57,535 nt of DNA from Candidatus Eiseniibacteriota bacterium (lineage in GTDB: Bacteria; Eisenbacteria; RBG-16-71-46), in assembly GCA_038231135.1 (NCBI GenBank), contig JBBRLX010000030.1, positions 1-57,535 on the forward strand, read 5' to 3'. Positions within the stretch are counted from its first letter, which is position 1, and each line of letters starts with the position of its first letter. The position numbers were made by a program, and so were the translations under genes. Under the pieces are notes generated by a model. It made no database searches and was not told the DNA's origin. It saw only the letters and a program-made list of their open reading frames with translations. Shown here piece by piece: positions 8,484-16,470 of this stretch.

Positions 8484-9947
8484 TCAAGCCAACTTCCTGG
8501 CGATCTCTTCGTCGAGAATCTCGCGCACGGTCAGCGGGATGATCACCTTCCCCGTCTTCTTGAAGAACGCACCAATCTCACGGGTCGCATCGCTGGTGAA
8601 ATCGAAGCTGACGATGAACCCCTTCGTCCGGTCATTCCGCATCATCGCGGCCTCGAACGAGTCGATGTCCGGCCTCCCCACCTTGTCCTTCTGCTTCACC
8701 TGAATCGGATACCAGATGTCCATGAAGTCGAGAAACCCCTCCTTCACACCCTTCCGTTCGGGCGTGGCGGACACGGGGTAGATTTTTCCGTCGATGCCCA
8801 TGTCACCGACCTGGACCTTGTTCGGAATCCCGCCGAGGGCAATCACGGCCCAGTTCTCGAACTCGAACGGCGGCATCTCGCGAAGCTGTTTCTCGCTCCT
8901 CGGCAGGTCGCGGATCACGAAGTCCTTGCCCTCGGTGAGGCGGCAATCAGTCCAGAGCCGCTTTGCCATGACTCGGCAAGCTGTCGGAGACACGTCGATG
9001 CCGATCCACTTGCGCCCGAGAAGTTGAGCAGCCACGAGGGCTGTCCCACATCCGCAGAAGGCGTCGAGGACGATGTCGCCTTTGTTGCTGCAGGCTCTGA
9101 TGATTCGGTCGAGTAACGCGACGGGCTTCTGCGTCGGGTAACCGAGCCGTTCCTCGCTCCCCGAGATCACGGGCTTGATGTCGTCCCAGAAGGTCTGGAG
9201 CGAGACTCCGGGCATCTCGTCCATGTAGTGCTTCAGCATCGGCATGCCCGTCTTGCGGTAGTAGATGAGCCCCGCGTCATGCATCTCCTGCATGTTCTCC
9301 TTCGAGTACGCCCAGTAGCGCCCCTTGTACGGCTTCGCCTTCGTTCCGTCCGGGGTCGTCCACTCGTACGACACGTCCCCGCCCGGCTTGTTGGCCGTCA
9401 TGTCGGAGACTCTGAATCGCCGCCCCTTCTCGTCCTTGTAGCGGTAGTTCTGATCGAGGTAGTCGTCCGTGTACGGCGTGAACTGCTTGTTCCACGTCCA
9501 CTTGTTAGACGACGAGTAGAAGAAGATCGCGTCGTGGTTCGCACCGTACCGCTTCGAGTCGCTGTGGGCGCTGCTTCGCTTCCAGACGATCTCATTCTGG
9601 AACTGATTCTCCCCGAACACTTGATCGAGCATCACCTTCACGTAGTGCGAGGCGTGCCAGTCGCAGTGGTAGTAGAAGGAGCCCGTCTTCTTGAGGACTC
9701 GGGCAAGCTCGACGCAGCGAGGGCGCATGAACTCGATGTACGCCTGGGTCGAGGCGTGTCGATCCTCAAAGGCGCGCTTCTCCTTCGTCTCGCCCCAGAA
9801 CACCTCGTAGTTCCGGTTCGAGTTGAAAGGCGGGTCGATGTAGATCAGGTCCACCGAGCCGTCGGGCAGGTGCTTTAACTTCTCCAGGTTGTCGCCGCAC
9901 CAGATGACGCTCGTGTCGATCCCAGTCCTTGGGGCCTTGTTCGCCAC
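8484..9947 (-). CDS. Beta-class amino-DNA methyltransferase fused to a C-terminal Mrr-like PD-(D/E)xK domain
   Basis: IYIDPPFN (motif IV), YPTQKP, DAFCGCGT (motif I); C-terminus FEFE..GDMGIDG..IQVK. GTG start at 9947 with GGAGGGA RBS. Confidence 0.88.
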   Translation of the reverse strand: MANKAPRTGIDTSVIWCGDNLEKLKHLPDGSVDLIYIDPPFNSNRNYEVFWGETKEKRAFEDRHASTQAYIEFMRPRCVELARVLKKTGSFYYHCDWHASHYVKVMLDQVFGENQFQNEIVWKRSSAHSDSKRYGANHDAIFFYSSSNKWTWNKQFTPYTDDYLDQNYRYKDEKGRRFRVSDMTANKPGGDVSYEWTTPDGTKAKPYKGRYWAYSKENMQEMHDAGLIYYRKTGMPMLKHYMDEMPGVSLQTFWDDIKPVISGSEERLGYPTQKPVALLDRIIRACSNKGDIVLDAFCGCGTALVAAQLLGRKWIGIDVSPTACRVMAKRLWTDCRLTEGKDFVIRDLPRSEKQLREMPPFEFENWAVIALGGIPNKVQVGDMGIDGKIYPVSATPERKGVKEGFLDFMDIWYPIQVKQKDKVGRPDIDSFEAAMMRNDRTKGFIVSFDFTSDATREIGAFFKKTGKVIIPLTVREILDEEIARKLA

Positions 9948-10116
9948 GTTTCCCTCCGGTGAAGATGAGCTATCCGTTGCCAGAGCCGGAAGATACACCA
10001 AGTTGTGGTAGGCTGCCCGTGCTCGACAACCACAACATGGAGGCTCGAAGGAACGCGAGGGCATATTGACGTGGCGAACAAGGCGTTCGGCCCGGATGGT
10101 GAGCATGGAGGACAAG

Positions 10117-11010
10117 ATGGCGAAGCGTCGTCGCGTGGTGTCGTTGCGAGTTCCCCCAACGAACGGACCCACGCCGGATACTCATGTTCTGGGGCGCGAC
10201 CTCCCCCACGACGGGCTCCCCCTACAGGAGATCAAGGCGCACTCGCTGGAGAAGTACCGCCGGCACAACTACCTTGCGAGCATGTTCGCGAACGGCATGA
10301 AGAAGAAGTGGCCTCAGCGCGCCTATATCGGGCTCTACGCTGGTGCGGGCCGAGCGAGGGTGGAAGGAACGGGCGAGATAGTCGAGACGACGGCGCTCTC
10401 GGTTATTCGGCAGCCTTTCACCAACTACATCTTCGTGGACAGCGACTCCGAGTGCATCGACGCCCTTGAAAGGCGTGTCGAAGCGCTCCAGACCGGCCAC
10501 GCGCCGAAGTTTATTCGGGGCGACGTGAACGCTCAGATCGGTGAGATCAAGAACGCTCTTCCGCCCTATGGCCCTGGCAACGGCCTACTCTCCTTCTGCT
10601 TCGTGGACCCATTCAGCGCGAAGCTGAGCTTCAAGACGATTCGCTCTCTTGCCGGATACACGGTGGACTTCCTGATTTTGCTCGCGCTCGGACATGACGT
10701 GCGTCGGAACTTCCGCACCTACTATCACGACCGCTCAGACACTCGGATCGCGGACCTCCTTGATTGCCCGAACTGGCGCGAGGAGTACGAGGCCAGCGGC
10801 AAGAACATCGTGCGGTTCGTGCTGGAGAAGTTCGGTGACAACATGGTTGAACTTGGGTACCAGCCGCCGAAACCGCAGCACTACCACCCGGTGAAAGTCG
10901 GAGGCGTATTGCTCTATTTCATCGTCTTCTACAGCAAGCATCCGGTCGGTCAGGCGTTCTGGGACTCGACGTTGGTGAACGTGGACCCGCAGCTGGAGCT
11001 TCAATTCTGA
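10117..11010 (+). CDS. tcmP: Three-Cys-motif partner protein (TcmP family, SAM-methyltransferase-like)
   Basis: HSLEK, YIGLYAGAG and FCFVDPF motifs. Lies directly upstream of a DUF5131 gene. GGAGGA RBS before ATG 10117. Confidence 0.82.
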   Translation: MAKRRRVVSLRVPPTNGPTPDTHVLGRDLPHDGLPLQEIKAHSLEKYRRHNYLASMFANGMKKKWPQRAYIGLYAGAGRARVEGTGEIVETTALSVIRQPFTNYIFVDSDSECIDALERRVEALQTGHAPKFIRGDVNAQIGEIKNALPPYGPGNGLLSFCFVDPFSAKLSFKTIRSLAGYTVDFLILLALGHDVRRNFRTYYHDRSDTRIADLLDCPNWREEYEASGKNIVRFVLEKFGDNMVELGYQPPKPQHYHPVKVGGVLLYFIVFYSKHPVGQAFWDSTLVNVDPQLELQF

Positions 11011-11017
11011 GGGCACG

Positions 11018-11740
11018 ATGAGTGACAACTCGAAGATCGAATGGACCGACGCGACGTGGAACCCGGTCACCGGGTGCAACAAGGTGAGTCCGGGCTGCAA
11101 GCACTGCTACGCGCTCCGGTTCTCCGAGCGGTTCCGCGGGACACCCGGTCACCCCTTCGAGCAGGGCTTCGACCTCCGGATGTGGCCTGAGCGCCTGAAG
11201 CTACCCCTTGCTTGGAAGATACCGAGGCGCATCTTCGTGAACTCGATGTCGGACCTGTTCCACGAGCGCGTGCCGCTCGCGTTCATCGAGCAGGTGTTCG
11301 AGACGATGGCCGCGTGTCCTCAACACCAGTTCCAAGTCCTGACGAAGCGGCCCGAGCAACTCCTCAAGTTGTGCGGCTCCCTCGATTGGCCGGAGAACGT
11401 GTGGATGGGCGTGAGCATCGAGAACGAGAAGTACGCTTTCCGCTCCGAGCTACTGCACAATGTGCCCGCGAAGGTCCGCTTCCTCTCCGTCGAGCCCCTC
11501 ATCGGCCCGATCACGAAGCTCCCGCTCCGGGACATCCACTGGGTCATCGTGGGCGGCGAGTCCGGCCCTGGCGCGCGCCCCATGTTGCGGAAGTGGGTTG
11601 AGGACATCCGTCACCAGTGCCGACGAGCGGATGTAGCGTTCTTCTTTAAGCAGTGGGGCGGCGTGCGGAAGCATGAGAAGGGACGGACGCTCAACGGCCG
11701 CACCTTCGACGAGATGCCGCGTGAGCTTGTGGCAATCTGA
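11018..11740 (+). CDS. DUF5131 / phage Gp37-Gp68 family protein (radical-SAM-like Cx6CxxC)
   Basis: SKIEWTDATWNPVTGCNKVSPGCKHCYA, FVNSMSDLFH, FLSVEPL, WVIVGGESG, FFFKQWGG. Confidence 0.93.
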   Translation: MSDNSKIEWTDATWNPVTGCNKVSPGCKHCYALRFSERFRGTPGHPFEQGFDLRMWPERLKLPLAWKIPRRIFVNSMSDLFHERVPLAFIEQVFETMAACPQHQFQVLTKRPEQLLKLCGSLDWPENVWMGVSIENEKYAFRSELLHNVPAKVRFLSVEPLIGPITKLPLRDIHWVIVGGESGPGARPMLRKWVEDIRHQCRRADVAFFFKQWGGVRKHEKGRTLNGRTFDEMPRELVAI

Positions 11741-11886
11741 CGACTGGGGGCTAGTTCGGGTGGGGTCTGGGTGCGGCCCCCAACGCGCTCGGATTGTGCC
11801 CACGCTCGCCTGACCCCCCCACACGTTTTCCAACACCGGCGCGAGGCTCGCGCACGCAGCACTGGCAGGGCCCAGGGGGTCGGGGA

Positions 11887-11903
11887 GAGCCCCAAATCGA
11901 ACG
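11887..11903 (+). repeat. 17-bp exact direct repeat GAGCCCCAAATCGAACG (copy 2)
   Basis: Identical to 8183-8199. Confidence 0.8.
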
Positions 11904-12160
11904 AGACGGGACGTTGCCCAGTTTACTTACGATTCGGAACGACGATTTTGGGTAGCAACAGGCAAGGCGAAGAGAGACGGGAAAGACCTCAAGAATACAA
12001 GAAACTGCTGGCACAAAGGATGCAAATTGCAACGGCCAAGGCATCGTATATAGAATCAGTCAAGGCGTACGACCAGAGCATCGGACGATCTAAATATATG
12101 GCTACCTTCCCTTCCCCCGTAGCCCCCGGCGGGCCGACGTGCGACCGGTTCCCGAATAGC

Positions 12161-12325
12161 CGGCCACCCCACAACTCATTTAATGGCAATAGGTTGCCAT
12201 GTCGGTGGCCGAAGTGGCCGAAGTGGCCGGGTGGTTATAATATCTTTTCTAATGTCATTCTATTAGTTAGAGACTCTCCATCGACTGATCGGTCGGCCCC
12301 GGGAACCCGGTCAACTCGGCCCACG
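12161..12325. other. Putative replication origin of the element
   Basis: GTGGCCG x3 at 9-bp period (12205-12229), inverted copy at 12161-12167, ATGGCAA/TTGCCAT palindrome (12183-12200), AT-rich tract ~12235-12270, then degenerate inverted copies. Lies just downstream of the rep ATPase gene. Confidence 0.55.
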
Positions 12326-12397
12326 GCACGTCTATCGCATTGTGTTACAATGGGTTGACCGGAGGGCTGGCTTCATCAAAGTCAGCCCCAAGTCGGT

Positions 12398-13720
12398 CTA
12401 ATCGTACCCCTGCCCCTCCAGCAATGCGCGAATCTCGGCAAACGCGGTCGTCACATAACGAGCCTTCGGCTTGCCGAGTCTCGCGGTCGCGAGCCCAAGG
12501 TTCTTCAGAGCGTATCCAATCGCCTGCAGCCGAAGACCCAGACTCATAGCGATGACTCGGATGGAAATAGGCGTCTCAACTTCGGTGCCGATGTGGCCCA
12601 ACAGCCACTGAGCGATCTTGTCCTCGGGCGCACTGATTTGTTCAAGGTCTTCGTCCATGTCCATGATGAGTGAGTCGAGCACGGGCAGTTGCTCGGGAGT
12701 CGCAACCACGGCCAATGGCCAATAAAGCTGCATCAGCCGTGATCTCACATTCAGTCGAGTCACTTCCGGTAGTGGTGTGAAGAAAGTGTCGAGCCGCCAC
12801 TGGAGCAGTTGATTTTGAAGATGATCACGCTCAGCCTCGAAAGACTCGGGTAGCTGGATAACCGCTTTGCGATCTTCCTTCATAGACACGGGAATGCATC
12901 GCGTCGCCAGGGCGAGATCCGGATCATGGTTGATGGCAGCGACGATCTTTGGCCCGAACACCGCGAATGAGTCAACTCGCTGGCCCTTGTCGGCGAGGTT
13001 TTTGGACTCCGTGCACCGTTCAATTGCCCCATCGCGCTCGAACCCGATCTTGAGGGCTTGGCGCATCGCCCTGTGCATGTCACTTGAAGGGTCAAACTCG
13101 GCTTCGTCAAGAATGGCCGTGCAGACGCCTAGTCGATCCAGGGTTCTCATAAGTGCTGCTGCTGTCGTTGATCCGTTCGTGGCATAGGCCTTCATGCAAA
13201 TGCTCCCAATTACCTTCGCGGCGCGGCTTTTTCCCGAACCAGCAGAACCAAGCAGCTTGAGAATCGGAGCGGTCCGGCTCCGTTCGGCCAACCATGTGGC
13301 TCGGACGAAAACGGGGATAATCGGTTCAACGTCCTTCGACAGCGTTACGTACCGGGTTACAAAGGCCAGAATGGAGTCGTCCAAGTCCTGGACTGAGCCA
13401 TATTGCTTAGGACTGCTTGGCAGGATCACCCTGGATTGGAGCAGCACCCCTCTTGGGGGCGGGGCCAGTCGTCTGTTACCGATATCGTAATGCTTGATCT
13501 GTCGTTGTTTCTTACCGGCGGTCCGTTCAATGAATTCAGAGCCTGAGTTGGAGGCGACGGTCTCTAGGAGCCGACCTTTGAACCGAAAGCACACCGCTGT
13601 TTCAATAATGGGCTCTTGGTTGACAGCAGCCTGTTCGGTGCGTTTGGGCGATGCAGGTGTCGTGCTGATGCGGGTGGAAAACTCTGGACTGTGTACGTCA
13701 GCCGTGATATCGTTGTTCAT
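12398..13720 (-). CDS. Replication AAA+ ATPase/helicase of mobile elements (DUF3631-associated type) with C-terminal winged helix
   Basis: Walker A GSAGSGKS, STTAAALMR, Walker B AILDEAE, VFGPKIVA, Arg-finger-like ALATRCI. No clear primase domain. Confidence 0.7.
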   Translation of the reverse strand: MNNDITADVHSPEFSTRISTTPASPKRTEQAAVNQEPIIETAVCFRFKGRLLETVASNSGSEFIERTAGKKQRQIKHYDIGNRRLAPPPRGVLLQSRVILPSSPKQYGSVQDLDDSILAFVTRYVTLSKDVEPIIPVFVRATWLAERSRTAPILKLLGSAGSGKSRAAKVIGSICMKAYATNGSTTAAALMRTLDRLGVCTAILDEAEFDPSSDMHRAMRQALKIGFERDGAIERCTESKNLADKGQRVDSFAVFGPKIVAAINHDPDLALATRCIPVSMKEDRKAVIQLPESFEAERDHLQNQLLQWRLDTFFTPLPEVTRLNVRSRLMQLYWPLAVVATPEQLPVLDSLIMDMDEDLEQISAPEDKIAQWLLGHIGTEVETPISIRVIAMSLGLRLQAIGYALKNLGLATARLGKPKARYVTTAFAEIRALLEGQGYD

Positions 13721-13782
13721 ATAGGATGTCCGTTTCTGCCCCGGTCCTGCGTCAACAGGGCTGGGGCGTTCTGTTGTCTAAG

Positions 13783-13998
13783 TTAGAGCGTTGTCAAGGC
13801 CGCCGCGATGGCCTGTGAGCGATTCCGTAGAAGCCCAGTCAATGCCGAATGCCAGCGGGTCACTGCCCCAGCGCTCGGTCGGCCGCGTCCTACCTCGTAA
13901 TGCGCGATTGCCGTTGGGTCCAGTTGCGCCGCAGTGCCAACCTCGCGGAAGGTCAATCCCGCCGCTAAGCGCGCCTGACGCATGTTGCGTAGATTCAT
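13783..13998 (-). CDS. XRE-family helix-turn-helix protein
   Basis: MRQARLAAGLTFREVG...IAHYEVGRGRPS; GAGGTG RBS. Confidence 0.8.
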   Translation of the reverse strand: MNLRNMRQARLAAGLTFREVGTAAQLDPTAIAHYEVGRGRPSAGAVTRWHSALTGLLRNRSQAIAAALTTL

Positions 13999-14177
13999 CG
14001 TTTGCTCACCTCTTTTCGGAATGATAAGGGCCCCCGTCCGGAGGGGACGGTTGCCCGGGTAAAACGTTGTGCCTGCGTAAATAGCACGGTTTCGTGCATA
14101 AGGTCAATATACCACAATCAGTGGTGCTTGGCAACTCGGTTGGGGCAAGAAAGTGCTTTAAATTAGTAGTAATGCGC

Positions 14178-14210
14178 TTGCAATAGCGCTACAGCAGGAC
14201 GATACTGTCC
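14178..14210 (+). promoter_or_regulatory. Sigma70-like promoter with overlapping palindrome upstream of RHH-integrase
   Basis: TTGCAA (14178-83), 17-bp spacer, GATACT (14201-06). GGAC-N6-GTCC palindrome at 14197-14210. ATG at 14214 with no RBS, so likely leaderless. Confidence 0.5.
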
Positions 14211-14213
14211 AAC

Positions 14214-14399
14214 ATGCCATTCAAACGGGCGGTTAGCAGGGCGCAACACATTGTCACGACGGTGAGCCTGCCGGAGAAGATGCACCGAGAATTGGCCCAC
14301 GCGGCGGTTGAAGAGCGTGCGGCCCTTACGGAGCTTGTTCGGCGGGCGATCAAGGACTGGCTGAAGCAGCGTCGAAAGGGCTTGAAATCAGTGTTGTAA
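14214..14399 (+). CDS. Ribbon-helix-helix (CopG-like) regulator
   Basis: TTVSLPEKMHRELAHAAVEERAALTELVRRAIKDWL shows the beta-alpha-alpha RHH pattern. Confidence 0.75.
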   Translation: MPFKRAVSRAQHIVTTVSLPEKMHRELAHAAVEERAALTELVRRAIKDWLKQRRKGLKSVL

Positions 14400-14441
14400 G
14401 AGCGAACTGCGTGAATATCTTCGGCGGAAAGGTAGGGCAGC

Positions 14442-15434
14442 GTGAAATTGCCGAAGGGAATGTTTCAGAGAGGAAGGAGCTACTACGTCCGGGTGTACGA
14501 GGGAGGGCAGGACCGATGGGTATCCCTTGGGTCGGACCGGGAAGCAGCCTGCGAGGAACTCAAGAAGATCCGCAAGGGTGAAGCAGCGCCGAAGCGAATA
14601 GCCGTGAAGGAAGCGGTAGAGGAGTGGCTGAAGATGTACATGGGCACGGCTCGGAACGAAAAAGGGCAGCGGTTGGCCCGTTCCAGGGCGCATAGCTACC
14701 TAGTTCCATTTCTGGGGACCAAAGCAGTGAGTGACGTCACGGCGGACCATCTGCGAGCCTTCCGGCTTCAGCTAGAACGCATGGAGTTGGCCCCGCAGAC
14801 CGTGAGTCACGTGCTTTCGGACGCTCGATGCTTTTTCGGCTGGGCGGAGGAATCGCGTTTGATCCTGAAGTCACCCGTGCCGAGGCGCTTGCTGCCCCGA
14901 ATCGAAGAGCGGTTGCCGGATAGGCTCTTGGACGCTGAGGTCGAGGCGCTGGCCCAGATCGATGAGCCGTTCGGATTCGTGATTCGGCTGGGGCTCGGGA
15001 CGGGCATGCGATGGGGAGAGTTGTGCCGAGCGTTGCCCAGTGATCTTCAGAGCGGAATGCTCGTGATCGGCAAGAGCAAGAGCGGGAAGGTTCGCAGGGT
15101 TCCCTTGTCCCCGAGACTGCTGGACGAGTTGAAGGGCAGGGTGGGCCGACTGGTTCCATTCCGCGAAGCCGATCCGGGCACGTTCAGCTGGCATACTCGC
15201 CGGATGAGTGGCGTCGAGCGCTTTCACCCGCACATGATGCGACATACCTACGCGTGTCGTTGGATTGAGCGGGGTGGCAGCCTGCCGGCGCTTCAGCAGA
15301 TCCTGGGGCACGCCTCCATCGCCACAACGCAGCGCTATGCCCGGCTGAGTGACGAGGTTGTGCGAGAGCAAGCAGTGAGAGCGTTGGCGGACGATTCCGT
15401 AGCAGATTCCGTAGCAAGCGCAGCGCGATGGTAG
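14442..15434 (+). CDS. Tyrosine recombinase/integrase
   Basis: GMRWGE (R), KSKSGK (K), HMMRH (HxxR), ILGH, TQRYA (Y). Short N-terminal arm-binding-like domain. Ends ~20 bp from the tRNA 3' end. Confidence 0.95.
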   Translation: MKLPKGMFQRGRSYYVRVYEGGQDRWVSLGSDREAACEELKKIRKGEAAPKRIAVKEAVEEWLKMYMGTARNEKGQRLARSRAHSYLVPFLGTKAVSDVTADHLRAFRLQLERMELAPQTVSHVLSDARCFFGWAEESRLILKSPVPRRLLPRIEERLPDRLLDAEVEALAQIDEPFGFVIRLGLGTGMRWGELCRALPSDLQSGMLVIGKSKSGKVRRVPLSPRLLDELKGRVGRLVPFREADPGTFSWHTRRMSGVERFHPHMMRHTYACRWIERGGSLPALQQILGHASIATTQRYARLSDEVVREQAVRALADDSVADSVASAARW

Positions 15435-15444
15435 GCTTGCTACG
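15393..15444 (+). repeat. Putative integrase arm-type sites (GATTCCGTAGCA x2 plus an inverted copy)
   Basis: Tandem 12-mers at 15393-15404 and 15405-15416. TTGCTACG at 15437-15444 is the reverse complement of CGTAGCAA. Confidence 0.7.
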
Positions 15445-15453
15445 TTGCTAATG

Positions 15454-15529
<76 letters not shown>

Positions 15530-15708
15530 GCAGGGGGCGCGCGGGGCGCGCCCGGAGAGCGACGCACCTTAGAGGCCGGGGCCGGGGCACCGCAAGTGGG
15601 CAGGGGCCGGGATTCGCAAGTCGGAGACGCCCGAAAAACAGATCGGGCGCCGCGACCAAACCGCCGCGACGCCCGAATCCTGTCCAACTCCTAAGACAGC
15701 TCGGCGCC

Positions 15709-16263
15709 CTACTTCTCCGCCGGCAGCAGCTCCCCGATCGTGAACAGCGTCGAGAACGGCACGCCGCGCTGTTGGAACACCTGCACGGCGCCCTGGCCGC
15801 GATCGACCACGGCGAGCACGCGCACGACCTGCGCCTTGTACGACTCGGCGGCTTCGGCGGCGATCATGGCGCTCTCGCCGCTCGTGATCACGTCGTCGAG
15901 GATCGCGACGCGCTTGTGGCCGGCGAGGTTGCCCTCGACCTGGCCGCGCATGCCGTGGTCCTTGGTGGTGCGGCGCACGAAGAAGCCCTCGATCGGCTTG
16001 CCCTGCTCGGCGCTGTACAGCATCAGCCCGGCAACCAGCGGATCGGCGCCCAGCGTCAGGCCGCCGACGGCGGTGACGTTCTCGTTCTGCAGCATGTCGA
16101 AGAACAGCTTCGAGATCAGGCGCAGGCCCTGCGGATGCAGGCTGGTCTTGCGCACGTCGATGTAATAGTTCGAGGTCGCCCCCGAACTCAGCACGAATTC
16201 GCCGAACCGCATGGAGCGATCGAGCAGCATCTGGCGCAGCTGATCGCGTTCAGGATGAGTCAT
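15709..16263 (-). CDS. pyrE: Orotate phosphoribosyltransferase
   Basis: FGEFVLSSGATSNYYID, GGLTLGADP, PRPP motif VAILDDVITSGES. Confidence 0.95.
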   Translation of the reverse strand: MTHPERDQLRQMLLDRSMRFGEFVLSSGATSNYYIDVRKTSLHPQGLRLISKLFFDMLQNENVTAVGGLTLGADPLVAGLMLYSAEQGKPIEGFFVRRTTKDHGMRGQVEGNLAGHKRVAILDDVITSGESAMIAAEAAESYKAQVVRVLAVVDRGQGAVQVFQQRGVPFSTLFTIGELLPAEK

Positions 16264-16470
16264 GGTTCCTCTCGTCGAAAGGCCGCAATGTCCGAGGGAG
16301 TCTGTTTGTAAGGCGCGGCCGAAATGTTGCCGACGGTTCCAAGGATGTCAAGAACGAGCGCGCACCCGGCGGGCGCCGCGCGATGTGGTTATCGGTCGAT
16401 CCTGTCGAGGTCTACATGGTGTTAAACTAAGGGAGTGTCCCACCACCGTCACCCAGCCACACTCGTTTGG

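Noticed and set aside
9948..10172. Long N-terminal extensions of the MTase and TcmP ORFs that make them overlap
   Set aside because: Both genes have downstream starts with clear RBSs (9947 and 10117), leaving an ordinary divergent intergenic region.
12009..12024. Sigma-54-like TGGCAC-N5-ATGCA
   Set aside because: Mismatch in the -12 box and no credible downstream gene on that strand.
11771..12358. 195-aa ORF containing WPKWPKWP
   Set aside because: The peptide repeat is the translation of the putative iterons. No protein features.
13821..13830. GATTCCGTAG match to the arm repeat inside the HTH gene
   Set aside because: Single partial copy 1.6 kb from the core; could be chance.
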